NCBI GenBank assembly: GCA_017889125.1
Contig: JAGHER010000088.1
Location: 2,566-66,565 of the forward strand
Direction: 5' to 3'
Source of the DNA: Lachnospiraceae bacterium
GTDB lineage: Bacteria > Bacillota > Clostridia > Lachnospirales > Lachnospiraceae
DNA length: 64,000 nucleotides
Shown: positions 45,622-54,378 of the stretch, in pieces
Layout of the letters: every line of letters starts with the position of its first letter
How positions within the stretch are numbered: position 1 is the stretch's first letter
The notes under the pieces: generated by a model
What the model saw: only the letters and a program-made list of their open reading frames with translations
Told to the model about the DNA's origin: nothing
Databases searched by the model: none
Position numbers and translations under genes: made by a program

Positions 45622-46398
45622 ATGAATGACGGGATATTTCAGATTAATGGTCCGCTGTGGCGGTTTTTAAGCGCGCTGTTTGACATGATCGTGCTTCATA
45701 TTCTGTGGCTGATCTGCTGCATTCCGGTGGTGACCATCGGGCCCGCCACCACGGCGGCCCATTATGTGGCCATGAAGAAGATTGTAAAGGATGAGGGGCG
45801 GAATGTATGGAGCCTGTATTTTAAATCCTTTCGGGAAAACTTTAAGCAGGGAATGATCCTTGGCATTATTTTTACGGTAATCGGCCTTTTCCTGGGGCTG
45901 GATTTCTACCTCTGCCTTTATAAGCTGGAGGAGGGAAACATGTTTAACCTGGTCATGTTTTCTGCACTGGGATTTCTGGCCATTGTGTATCTGGTCATGA
46001 TGATTTACCTGTGGGCGGTGCTGGCCAGATTCAACAATTCTCTGAAGCAGACGGTGCTGAATGCATTCTTTATTGCCATGAGCAATCTTCGGGATACCTC
46101 GATCCTGCTGGCGTCGGATATCCTGATTGCGGTGGTAGCGGTTGTGTCCATGGCCTTTATTCCGCAGATGGCGGTGCTCTTTACTATATTCGGCGTGCCG
46201 CTGTTCTTTGTGGTGAACAGCCTGCGGCTTGCGGATATTCTTGACCGGTATGTTTATGGGAAGGAAGACGGAGAGAACGCTGGGGAATTTGGCACAGAGG
46301 CGGCTGCCGGAGAGCGGTCTGCCCAGGCTGGCATAGAGCAGGAAACCGGGGAAACGGCTGTCAAAGCGGGAGGGACCGCAGAAGCCAGGGAGCGCTGA
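45622..46398 (+). CDS. DUF624 (YesL-like) membrane protein with acidic/Ala-rich C-terminal tail
   Basis: N-terminus INGPLWRFLSALFDMIVLHILWLICCIPVVTIGPATTAAHYV is the typical YesL-family opening; 5-6 TM helices. Confidence 0.75.
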   Translation: MNDGIFQINGPLWRFLSALFDMIVLHILWLICCIPVVTIGPATTAAHYVAMKKIVKDEGRNVWSLYFKSFRENFKQGMILGIIFTVIGLFLGLDFYLCLYKLEEGNMFNLVMFSALGFLAIVYLVMMIYLWAVLARFNNSLKQTVLNAFFIAMSNLRDTSILLASDILIAVVAVVSMAFIPQMAVLFTIFGVPLFFVVNSLRLADILDRYVYGKEDGENAGEFGTEAAAGERSAQAGIEQETGETAVKAGGTAEARER

Positions 46399-46416
46399 TA
46401 AAAGGGGGTTTTTCAT

Positions 46417-47232
46417 ATGGAATTGATGAGAAAGATCTATATCTGCTTTCCAGAGGGAAAGCATAAGGTGCTGACCATGAGCTACGATGACGGGAAGCTG
46501 GAGGATAGGCAGCTGGTGGAGATCTTTAACCGTTACGGGATAAAGGGAACCTTTCACTTAAATTCCGGCCTGGTGGATCAGGACAACCGGCTGAAGCCGG
46601 AGGAATGGAAGGAGCTGTATCAGGGGCATGAGATTTCCTGCCATACGGTACTGCACCCCACCATTGCCCGCTGTCCCCTGCCTCATGTGGCCTTGCAGAT
46701 TTTAGAAGATAGACGAAATCTGGAGCGGGCTGCCGGGCTGCCCATCCGGGGCATGTCTTACCCCAACGGCTCCTACAGCCAGGAAATCGTGGATATGCTT
46801 CCCGGGCTGGGAATCGAGTACTGCCGGGTGGTGGGTGACACGGACGATTTTGCCATGCCGGAAAACTTCCTTTTGTGGAAGGCTACCTGCCACCACAATC
46901 ACAACCTGTTAGAAAACGGACGGCGGTTCGTGGATCTTCACAAGACCCAGTATCTGTACATGATGTACGTGTGGGGACACAGCTACGAGTTCCCGCGGGA
47001 CGATAACTGGGGAATGATGGAGGAATTCTGCCAGATGGCGGGAAACCAGCCGGATATCTGGTACGCCACCAATATCCAGATCGTGGATTACATGAAGGCG
47101 GCAAAGTCCCTGAAATTCACTGTGGATGGAGATCTGGTTTACAATCCCTCCGCCTTAAGCGTGTGGATCAATGCAGACGGCGCCATCTTGGAGGTAAAGG
47201 GCGGAGAGCTGCGGGAAATTCCAACTGCGTGA
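46417..47232 (+). CDS. Polysaccharide deacetylase family protein (CE4-like)
   Basis: LTMSYDDG (Asp-Asp motif), ISCHTVLHP (His-His motif), MSYPNGSY; no signal peptide. Confidence 0.8.
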   Translation: MELMRKIYICFPEGKHKVLTMSYDDGKLEDRQLVEIFNRYGIKGTFHLNSGLVDQDNRLKPEEWKELYQGHEISCHTVLHPTIARCPLPHVALQILEDRRNLERAAGLPIRGMSYPNGSYSQEIVDMLPGLGIEYCRVVGDTDDFAMPENFLLWKATCHHNHNLLENGRRFVDLHKTQYLYMMYVWGHSYEFPRDDNWGMMEEFCQMAGNQPDIWYATNIQIVDYMKAAKSLKFTVDGDLVYNPSALSVWINADGAILEVKGGELREIPTA

Positions 47233-47248
47233 GAAAGGAGGATGGAGG

Positions 47249-47563
47249 ATGATTCGAAAAGGTTTTCGGATGAAGCTTTATCCGGGGATGGCCAAGGAGT
47301 ATGAGAAGCGCCACAATGCCCTGTGGCCGGAGATGAAGGAGATGATTCATCAATACGGCGGGCACAATTACTCCATATTTCTGGATCAGGAGACCAATGT
47401 GCTTTACGGTTATCTGGAGATCGAGGATGAAGCCCGCTGGGCCGCCTCGGCGGATACGCCCATTAACCGGAAGTGGTGGGATTATATGGCAGATATTATG
47501 GAGACCAATCCGGACAACAGTCCGGTATCGATCGACCTTATGCCGGTGTTTCATCTGGATTGA
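47249..47563 (+). CDS. rhaM: L-rhamnose mutarotase
   Basis: 104-aa protein MIRKGFRMKLYPGMAKEYEKRHNALWPEM...HNYSIFLD...WWDYMADIM, full-length match to my memory of the RhaM family. Confidence 0.88.
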   Translation: MIRKGFRMKLYPGMAKEYEKRHNALWPEMKEMIHQYGGHNYSIFLDQETNVLYGYLEIEDEARWAASADTPINRKWWDYMADIMETNPDNSPVSIDLMPVFHLD

Positions 47564-47608
47564 GAAAGGGCTTGCAGCGGCGTTTGGTTGTTTGGTTATG
47601 CGGGGGAA

Positions 47609-47704
47609 GGATTTTACAGAAAAAGATTTCTGCGGAAAATGGATTTTGCAGAAGAAGGATTTTGTCGGAGAAAGAATTTCAGAAGAAAGGGATTTTGCCG
47701 GGGA
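47609..47704 (+). repeat. Six degenerate 15-17 bp tandem units; the last one is the left arm of the terminator
   Basis: ggattttacagaaaaa / gatttctgcggaaaat / ggattttgcagaagaa / ggattttgtcggagaaa / gaatttcagaagaaa / gggattttgccgggga. Confidence 0.8.
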
Positions 47705-47730
47705 TTGCTCCCGCGGCAGAATCCCTTTTT
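47689..47730. terminator. Bidirectional rho-independent terminator between convergent rhaM and recombinase genes
   Basis: GGGATTTTGCCG 47689-47700 pairs with CGGCAGAATCCC 47714-47725 (one G-U), 13-nt loop. TTTTT on the plus strand, TTTCTTCT on the minus strand. Confidence 0.75.
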
Positions 47731-47796
47731 GCATACGCCTGCGGCGGCTGCATTAGCGGTTATGCTCTGGCTGATGTTCTTCTGCGCATCCTGCCC

Positions 47797-48405
47797 TTAC
47801 TGCAGAGTCATCCGATAGCGGCTTACCCGCTTATAAAAGCCCTGTCGGGAGAGGCCGCAGCGCCTTGCTGCCTCGGCGGCGGAGATATCCTGATTTTCCC
47901 AGAGCAGGTAGCTCTTTTCAAATTCCGGGATTTCCCGCTCGTGACGGCCGAAGCGTGTGCCCCGTGCTCTGGCAGAGGCAATGCCCTCTAACTGGCGCTG
48001 GCGGATATTTTCCCTTTCCGTCTGGGCCACGTAGGAGAGAATCTGCAGCACCAGATCGGCGATGAAGGTGCCGGTGAGATCCTTTCCCTGGATCCGGGTA
48101 TCCAGAAGGGGCATATCCAGGATCCGGATGTGAATGCCCATCTCCTTGGTGAGAAGCTGCCACTGCTCCAGGATGTCATCGTAGTTGCGGCCCAGGCGGT
48201 CGATGGATTTTACCACCAGAAGGTCCCCTTCATGTACCTGGGTCAGCATCTGGTGCCAGGCTGGGCGCTCGAAGTCCTTCCCGCTCTTCTTGTCAATGAA
48301 GATGTTTTCCAGAGGGATGGGGTACTCGGTCAGCGCATCCAGCTGACGGGCCTCATTCTGATCCTTGGATGATACGCGGGCGTATCCGTAAGTTTTCTGT
48401 TTCAT
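47797..48405 (-). CDS. Small serine recombinase (resolvase/invertase family)
   Basis: YGYARVSSKDQNEARQ (catalytic Ser), VVKSIDRLGRN, C-terminal HTH ISAAEAARRCGLSRQGFYKRV; AAAGGAGGAA SD. GC looks like the host genome. Confidence 0.9.
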   Translation of the reverse strand: MKQKTYGYARVSSKDQNEARQLDALTEYPIPLENIFIDKKSGKDFERPAWHQMLTQVHEGDLLVVKSIDRLGRNYDDILEQWQLLTKEMGIHIRILDMPLLDTRIQGKDLTGTFIADLVLQILSYVAQTERENIRQRQLEGIASARARGTRFGRHEREIPEFEKSYLLWENQDISAAEAARRCGLSRQGFYKRVSRYRMTLQ

Positions 48406-48463
48406 TCCAGTTCCTCCTTTGAAATAGTTGATAAATTGCCGCCATTTTTGGCAAGCTTTTTTA

Positions 48464-48492
48464 ATTCTAGCGGAATTAATTGAAATTGTGAA
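48464..48492 (-). promoter_or_regulatory. Candidate promoter of the recombinase gene with overlapping palindrome
   Basis: On the minus strand TTCACA (48492-48487), 17 nt, TAGAAT (48469-48464). The inverted repeat TTAATTC-tagcg-GAATTAA (48461-48479) overlaps the -10 box. Confidence 0.45.
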
Positions 48493-48510
48493 AAGAATTT
48501 AACATATATT
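48480..48510 (+). promoter_or_regulatory. Candidate divergent plus-strand promoter driving the unexplained leader upstream of plsX
   Basis: TTGAAA 48480-48485, 18-19 nt, ATATAT/TATATT 48504-48510. Confidence 0.3.
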
Positions 48511-48674
48511 GATTATTTGTGACTTTCCATAGGAAATATGGTATGATAAATCATCGAATACCTTAGAAAGTGAGGGAAACTGGACGATTTGTCCGAATTG
48601 TGGATACGAAAGAGAAGGGGAGTGCTGTGCCTGTTACTGTGCCTGGTGTGGGTGCAGCTTGTGAAAAAAGGATA

Positions 48675-48703
48675 TTGATTTATACCCTGATATTTAGTAT
48701 AGT
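48675..48703 (+). promoter_or_regulatory. Sigma-A promoter of the plsX-acpP operon
   Basis: TTGATT 48675-48680, 17 nt, TATAGT 48698-48703, 38 nt upstream of the plsX ATG. Confidence 0.55.
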
Positions 48704-48740
48704 AATTCATGAGATTAGATAGCCGAAGGGGGAACCAGTG

Positions 48741-49751
48741 ATGATAAAGGTAGCAGTCGATGCCATGGGAGGCGACTACGCGCCGGGCGAGATGGTTGCC
48801 GGGGCGGTTGAGGCGGTAAATGCCCAGCCGGGTATCCAGGTGCTTTTGGTGGGCAAGGAGGACATTGTCAATGCAGAGCTGTCCAAGCATACCTACGAGA
48901 AAGACCGGATCCAGGTAGTCAATGCCACGGAGGTGATCGCCACGGAGGAGCCGCCGGTGAATGCCATCCGCAAGAAGAAGGATTCATCCATTGTGGTAGG
49001 CATGAACCTGGTAAAGAAGAAGGAAGCAGATGCCTTCGTGTCTGCAGGCAGCTCAGGCGCCATTTTGGTGGGCGGCCAGGTGATCGTAGGAAGAAGCAAA
49101 GGCGTGGAGCGTCCGCCCCTGGCGCCGCTTATCCCTACGGAAAAGGGAGTATCCCTGCTCATCGACTGCGGTGCCAATGTGGATGCCAGGCCTTCTCACC
49201 TGGTGCAGTTTGCCCAGATGGGATCGATTTATATGGAAAATGTGATGAAGGTGAAGAATCCGCGGGTAGCCATCGTGAATATCGGCGCCGAGGAGGAGAA
49301 GGGGAACGCCCTGGTGAAGGAGACCTTTCCTTTGCTGAAGGAGTGCCCCGGCATCAACTTCATCGGAAGCATCGAGGCCAGGGAGATTCCCCACGGGGGA
49401 GCAGATGTGATTGTCTGCGAGGCCTTTGTGGGAAATGTGATCTTAAAGCTGTATGAGGGTGTGGGCGCTACCTTGCTCAGCAAGGTTAAGGGCGCGATGA
49501 TGACGAGCCTTCGCAGCAAGATCGGCGCGCTGTTAGTGAAACCAGCCTTAAAGACCACGCTGAAATCCTTTGATGCCAGCCGCTACGGCGGGGCTCCGCT
49601 TCTGGGCTTAAACGGTCTGGTGGTGAAGACCCACGGCAATTCCAAGGCTAACGAGGTGAAGAACTCGATCATTCAGTGCGTGACCTTCAAGGAGCAGGGC
49701 ATAAACGAAAAAATCAGGGAAAGTCTTAACGCAGACCGTGAGCATGAATAG
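48741..49751 (+). CDS. plsX: Phosphate acyltransferase PlsX
   Basis: [14 protein letters not shown]-terminal signature, full-length ~335 aa. AAGGGGGA SD favours ATG 48741 over GTG 48738. Followed by acpP. Confidence 0.93.
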   Translation: MIKVAVDAMGGDYAPGEMVAGAVEAVNAQPGIQVLLVGKEDIVNAELSKHTYEKDRIQVVNATEVIATEEPPVNAIRKKKDSSIVVGMNLVKKKEADAFVSAGSSGAILVGGQVIVGRSKGVERPPLAPLIPTEKGVSLLIDCGANVDARPSHLVQFAQMGSIYMENVMKVKNPRVAIVNIGAEEEKGNALVKETFPLLKECPGINFIGSIEAREIPHGGADVIVCEAFVGNVILKLYEGVGATLLSKVKGAMMTSLRSKIGALLVKPALKTTLKSFDASRYGGAPLLGLNGLVVKTHGNSKANEVKNSIIQCVTFKEQGINEKIRESLNADREHE

Positions 49752-49765
49752 GAGGGAAGAATTTT

Positions 49766-49996
49766 ATGGAGTTTGAGAAATTACAGGGAATTATTGCGGA
49801 GGTATTGAACCTTGAGCCGGATGAGATTACCATGGCGGCCACCTTTGTGGATGATTTGGGCGCAGATTCTCTGGATGTGTTCCAGATCATCATGGGGATT
49901 GAAGAGGAGTTTGACATCGAGATCCCCAATGAGACAGCCGAGAAGATCGTGACGGTAGGCGACGCCGTAGAGGCGATCCGGAATGCGATGAATTAA
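49766..49996 (+). CDS. acpP: Acyl carrier protein
   Basis: 76 aa with phosphopantetheine site LGADSLDVF; GGAGGGAAG SD. Confidence 0.93.
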   Translation: MEFEKLQGIIAEVLNLEPDEITMAATFVDDLGADSLDVFQIIMGIEEEFDIEIPNETAEKIVTVGDAVEAIRNAMN

Positions 49997-50008
49997 TCAA
50001 ACGGAATG

Positions 50009-50048
50009 AGAGGGGGCAGGCGCAGATGTCTGGGCTGCCCTCTTTTCT
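50009..50048 (+). terminator. Rho-independent terminator after acpP
   Basis: AGAGGG(GG)CAG 50009-50019 pairs with CTGCCCTCT 50035-50043, followed by TTTTCT. Confidence 0.55.
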
Positions 50049-50111
50049 GCTTTCGGACAGGGCTGCCGGAGGCAGAAAAATGCAGCAGATGCATGGAAGG
50101 AGGAAGAAGTT

Positions 50112-50810
50112 TTGAATCGAGACTTAAAGAAACTGGAGGAAACCATCGGGTATTCCTTCCGCAATAAACGGCTGTTAAGCCATGCCATGACCCACAGCTC
50201 CTACGCCAATGAGCGCCGGTGGGAAAAGACCAGGTGCAATGAGCGGCTGGAATTTCTTGGCGATGCGGTGTTAGAGCTGGTGAGCAGTGATTTTTTATTT
50301 CACACCTATGGGGAGCTTCCGGAGGGTGACCTGACTAAGATCCGGGCCAGCCTGGTGTGCGAGCCCACCCTGGCCTTCTGCGCGGAGCAGATCGAGCTGG
50401 GTGAGTATCTGTTCCTGGGAAAGGGCGAGGAGGCCACAGGCGGAAGGATGCGCCATTCGGTGGTTTCTGATGGAATGGAAGCCCTCATCGGGGCGATCTA
50501 TCTGGACGGTGGTTTTGCTAATGCGAAAGAGTTTATTCTCCGCTTTATTTTAAATGACATCGAGCACAAGCAGCTCTTTTACGATAGCAAGACTATCTTA
50601 CAGGAAATGGTGCAGAGCCGGTACGAGGAGCCTTTGACCTACCAGCTGTTAAAGGAGGAGGGGCCAGATCACAACAAATCCTTTGAGGTCTGCGCCCTCA
50701 TCGGCAGCCGGGAGATCGGAAAGGGAAGCGGAAGGACAAAGAAGGCCGCAGAGCAGGTGGCCGCCTACAACGGAATCTTGACCATAAAGGACAGCCAGGT
50801 ATGTATTTAA
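50112..50810 (+). CDS. rnc: Ribonuclease III
   Basis: NERLEFLGDAVLEL catalytic signature, C-terminal dsRBD (KSFEV...GSGRTKKAAEQVAA). TTG start 50112 with GGAGG at 8 nt. Confidence 0.92.
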   Translation: MNRDLKKLEETIGYSFRNKRLLSHAMTHSSYANERRWEKTRCNERLEFLGDAVLELVSSDFLFHTYGELPEGDLTKIRASLVCEPTLAFCAEQIELGEYLFLGKGEEATGGRMRHSVVSDGMEALIGAIYLDGGFANAKEFILRFILNDIEHKQLFYDSKTILQEMVQSRYEEPLTYQLLKEEGPDHNKSFEVCALIGSREIGKGSGRTKKAAEQVAAYNGILTIKDSQVCI

Positions 50811-53800
50811 AGAGTATAGAGATTCAGGGATTTAAGTCATTTGCCAATAAGATCGTATTTGAATTTCACAATGGAATCACCGGCATCGTAGGCCCCAACG
50901 GCAGCGGAAAGAGCAATGTAGCCGATGCTGTCCGCTGGGTGCTTGGCGAGCAGCGGGTGAAGCAGCTGCGGGGCGGCTCCATGCAGGACGTGATTTTCTC
51001 CGGAACGGAATTGCGGAAGCCCCAGGGCTTTGCCTACGTTGCCATTACCCTGGACAATGGCGACCACCAGCTGGCCATTGACTATGACCAGGTGACCGTG
51101 TCCAGGAGACTTTACCGCTCCGGCGAGAGCGAGTACCGGATCAATGGAAGCCCCTGCCGGTTAAAGGATGTGAATGAATTATTTTACGATACGGGTATCG
51201 GAAAGGAAGGCTACTCCATCATCGGCCAGGGCCAGATCGACAAGATCTTAAGCGGAAAGCCGGAGGAGCGGCGGGAGCTTTTTGACGAGGCAGCGGGCAT
51301 TGTAAAGTTTAAGCGCCGGAAGGCCATCGCCCAGAAAAAGCTGGAGGACGAAAAGCAGAATCTGGTGCGGATCAACGATATTCTGGCAGAGTTGGAAAAG
51401 CAGGTGGGCCCTCTGGCCCGCCAGGCAGAAGCTGCTAAAAAGTTCCTGCAGCTTAAAGAGGAGCTTAAGCGGTACGATGCCAATGCCTTCCTTTTAGAGA
51501 GCGCTGGAATCAAGGAGCAGTTAAAGGAGCTTTCTGATCGGGAGCAGATCGTAAGCGGAGATTTGGCGGACGCCAAGGCTCAGGCTGAACAGATTCGGAC
51601 GGATTATGACCGGCTGGATGAGGAAAGCCGCAGCCTGGAGGAAAAGCTTACGGAAAGCCGCAGTCAGTTAAGCCAGGAGAAGGTCAATAAAGGAAATCTG
51701 GAAGGCCGCATCAATGTGTTAAACGAGCAGATCAACACCGAGCGGATGAATGCGGAGCATATCGAGAACCGCCGGGGGGCCATCCAGAAGGAAATCGGCG
51801 AGAAGGATGAGCAGCTTGCCGGTTACGGGGAGCAGAGAAGCCAGCTTTCGGCGGCGGCAGAGGAAGTGCTGAACCGGCAAAAGGAAGCGGAGATCACCCT
51901 GATGGATGCGGATGTGGCCTTAGAGGAGCTGGAGGAGGGAATCGAGACGGCCAAGGGCCGGATCATCGACGCCTTAAACCAGCGGGCAGGCGTCACCGCC
52001 AGACAGCAGCGGTTTGAAACACTTTTAGAGCAGGTGAACGTGCGGCGCAGCGAGGTGAGCCAGAAGCTGTTAAAGATCCGCAGCGACGAGTCTGTCCAGG
52101 AAGAGCAGTTAAAGGATGAGGAAGAAAAGCTTCGCCGACTCACCGGGCAGATGGAGGAGCAGGCTAAGGCCAGGAAGGCCTTAGAGGAGCGGGAGAGCCA
52201 GTTAGACGGGGAAATCCGGCGGCTTAACCGAAATCTAAGCGAGCGGCAGCGGGAGTACCAGACCAGCTACACCAAGCTAGAGTCCCTGCGCAATATTGCC
52301 GAGCGGTATGAGGGCTACGGCAACAGCATCCGCCGGGTCATGGAGGTAAAGGACCGGATTCACGGCATTCACGGCGTGGTGGCGGATTTGATTACCACGG
52401 AAAAGCAGTATGAGACGGCGGTAGAGACGGCTCTGGGCGGAAGCATTCAGAACATTGTTACCGACTCGGAGCAGACGGCCAAGCAGCTGATCGAATATCT
52501 GAAGAAGAACCGGTACGGCCGGGCCACCTTCCTGCCCCTGACCAGCATTGGAAATAAAAATACCTTTCACCAGGAGCAGGCCCTGAAGGAGCCTGGGGTG
52601 GTGGGCCTTGCCAGCCAGCTGGTGCGCACCAGGCCGGAGTATGAGGGGCTAATGAAGTACCTTTTAGGCCGGGTGGTGGTGGCGGATACCATTGACCACG
52701 CCATCAGCCTGGCAAAGAAGTACCAGTACAGCCTGCGGATCGTAACCCTGGAGGGCGAGCTGTTAAGCCCCGGCGGCTCCATGACCGGCGGCGCCTTTAA
52801 AAACAGCAGCAACCTCCTGGGAAGAAAGCGGGAGATCGAGGAGCTGGAGGCGGCCTGTGAAAAGACCATGAAGGCCTCGGAGCGTGCACAGAAGGAGCTG
52901 TCCCAGGCGGAGGAGGATTTGAAAAAGGTCCGGGTAGACCTGGAGGCTTTGCGGGCAGAGCAGCAGAAGGCCTCCTTAAGCCACAATACCCTGACCATAA
53001 ACATCAGCCAGATCAACAGCCGGAAGGCGGAAATCCGGGAGTCCGGTCAGGATCTGGACCGGGAATACCGGCAGTTAGCCGATCAGCAGACGGAGCTTAA
53101 GGAGAACCGAGAGGCCCTGGAGCAGGAGATTGCCGCTTTGGAGGGGCAAAATACCCAGGCAGAGCAGGAGATCCACCGGATGCAGGAGGAGCTGGAGGGA
53201 AAGAAGCAGGAGCGGGAGCAGTTGGCCAAGACCTTGTCGGCTATCCAGCTGGAAACTGCAGGCTACCAGCAGAAATTTGACTTTATTAAAGAAAACATCA
53301 GCCGTGTCCATGCGGAGATCCGCCGGCTTAAGGAAGAGCTGGAGGGACTTGAGCAGGGAAGCGGCGATTCGGAGAAAAATATCGCCCTGCGCCAGGAGGA
53401 AATCCAGCAGGTGAAGGAGTCCATCCTCCAGACGGAGGAGCGGATGCAGGCCCTGGAAGCGACTATCCAGGAGCAGGATGTGCGCCGGGAGGAGACCGGC
53501 AAGCGGCAGAAGGCCCTCTTTGTTAAGCGGGAGGAGGTAACCGAGCGAATCCAGGCTCTGGATAAGGATGCCTTCCGGCTGCAGAATCAGAAAGAAAAGC
53601 TGGACGAAAAGCTGGAACATCAGGTAAACTATATGTGGAGCGAGTACGAGCTGACCTACTCCACGGCGGAAAAGCTTAAGGATCCGGAACTTACCTCCCT
53701 GGCGGAGATGAAGAAGGCGATTGAGGGCCTTAAGAATTCCATCCGCGGCCTGGGCAATGTGAATGTCAACGCCATCGAGGATTACCGGGAGGTTTCCGAG

Positions 53801-54361
53801 CGGTATGAATTTTTAAACGGCCAGCATGAGGATCTTCTCCAGGCTGAGGCGGCGCTCCTTAAGATTATTGACGAGCTGGATACCGGCATGCGCAGGCAGT
53901 TTACCGAGCAGTTTGCCCGCATCCGGCAGGAGTTTGACAAGGTATTTCGGGAGCTGTTCGGCGGCGGCCGGGGAACCTTAGAGCTTATGGAGGATGAGGA
54001 TATCCTGGAGGCGGGAATCCAGATCATTTCCCAGCCCCCGGGAAAGAAGCTGCAGAACATGATGCAGCTTTCCGGCGGGGAGAAGGCCCTGACGGCCATT
54101 GCTTTGCTGTTTGCCATCCAGAATCTGAAGCCGTCCCCATTCTGTCTGCTGGACGAGATTGAGGCGGCCTTAGACGACTCCAACGTGGACCGTTTTGCCG
54201 GGTATCTTCACAAGCTCACAAAGAATACCCAGTTTATCGTCATTACCCACCGTAGAGGCACCATGGTGGCCTCTGACCGGCTGTACGGAATTACCATGCA
54301 GGAGAAGGGCGTATCGACTCTGGTATCGGTGAACTTAATTGAGGCAGATTTGGATAAATAG
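50801..54361 (+). CDS. smc: Chromosome partition protein Smc
   Basis: 1186 aa. Walker A GPNGSGKSN, long coiled coils, hinge around GIHGVVADLI, signature LSGGEKALTAIALLFA, Walker B FCLLDEIEAALD. Confidence 0.95.
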   Translation: MYLKSIEIQGFKSFANKIVFEFHNGITGIVGPNGSGKSNVADAVRWVLGEQRVKQLRGGSMQDVIFSGTELRKPQGFAYVAITLDNGDHQLAIDYDQVTVSRRLYRSGESEYRINGSPCRLKDVNELFYDTGIGKEGYSIIGQGQIDKILSGKPEERRELFDEAAGIVKFKRRKAIAQKKLEDEKQNLVRINDILAELEKQVGPLARQAEAAKKFLQLKEELKRYDANAFLLESAGIKEQLKELSDREQIVSGDLADAKAQAEQIRTDYDRLDEESRSLEEKLTESRSQLSQEKVNKGNLEGRINVLNEQINTERMNAEHIENRRGAIQKEIGEKDEQLAGYGEQRSQLSAAAEEVLNRQKEAEITLMDADVALEELEEGIETAKGRIIDALNQRAGVTARQQRFETLLEQVNVRRSEVSQKLLKIRSDESVQEEQLKDEEEKLRRLTGQMEEQAKARKALEERESQLDGEIRRLNRNLSERQREYQTSYTKLESLRNIAERYEGYGNSIRRVMEVKDRIHGIHGVVADLITTEKQYETAVETALGGSIQNIVTDSEQTAKQLIEYLKKNRYGRATFLPLTSIGNKNTFHQEQALKEPGVVGLASQLVRTRPEYEGLMKYLLGRVVVADTIDHAISLAKKYQYSLRIVTLEGELLSPGGSMTGGAFKNSSNLLGRKREIEELEAACEKTMKASERAQKELSQAEEDLKKVRVDLEALRAEQQKASLSHNTLTINISQINSRKAEIRESGQDLDREYRQLADQQTELKENREALEQEIAALEGQNTQAEQEIHRMQEELEGKKQEREQLAKTLSAIQLETAGYQQKFDFIKENISRVHAEIRRLKEELEGLEQGSGDSEKNIALRQEEIQQVKESILQTEERMQALEATIQEQDVRREETGKRQKALFVKREEVTERIQALDKDAFRLQNQKEKLDEKLEHQVNYMWSEYELTYSTAEKLKDPELTSLAEMKKAIEGLKNSIRGLGNVNVNAIEDYREVSERYEFLNGQHEDLLQAEAALLKIIDELDTGMRRQFTEQFARIRQEFDKVFRELFGGGRGTLELMEDEDILEAGIQIISQPPGKKLQNMMQLSGGEKALTAIALLFAIQNLKPSPFCLLDEIEAALDDSNVDRFAGYLHKLTKNTQFIVITHRRGTMVASDRLYGITMQEKGVSTLVSVNLIEADLDK

Positions 54362-54378
54362 AAATAAGGAGGATGAGT

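Noticed and set aside
47609-47704. Possibility that the short tandem arrays (also 56708-56788, 14039-14085, 10809-10869) are CRISPR arrays
   Set aside because: The units are 15-28 bp, degenerate and contiguous, with no unique spacers between them. No cas genes are present in the window.
47397-47991. Three plus-strand ORFs (119, 172 and 76 aa) running through the repeat array and the recombinase 3' end
   Set aside because: They stay open only because the 15-17 bp repeats lack stop codons. They have no SD, they cross a terminator hairpin, and they are antisense to the recombinase gene.
48581-48664. Calling the Cys-rich frame a RiPP precursor or an L32 (rpmF) pseudogene
   Set aside because: There is no canonical start codon, and no radical-SAM, cyclase or peptidase genes are nearby. 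Similarity to L32 is limited to a CPNCGY hexapeptide. I kept it only as an open question in the findings.
47731-48740. Invertible-promoter (hix/gix-like) inverted repeats flanking the serine recombinase
   Set aside because: I compared both flanks by eye on both strands. Only short local palindromes (TTAATTC-N5-GAATTAA, TTGCC-N9-GGCAA) are present, and no matching 12-26 bp inverted pair brackets a promoter.
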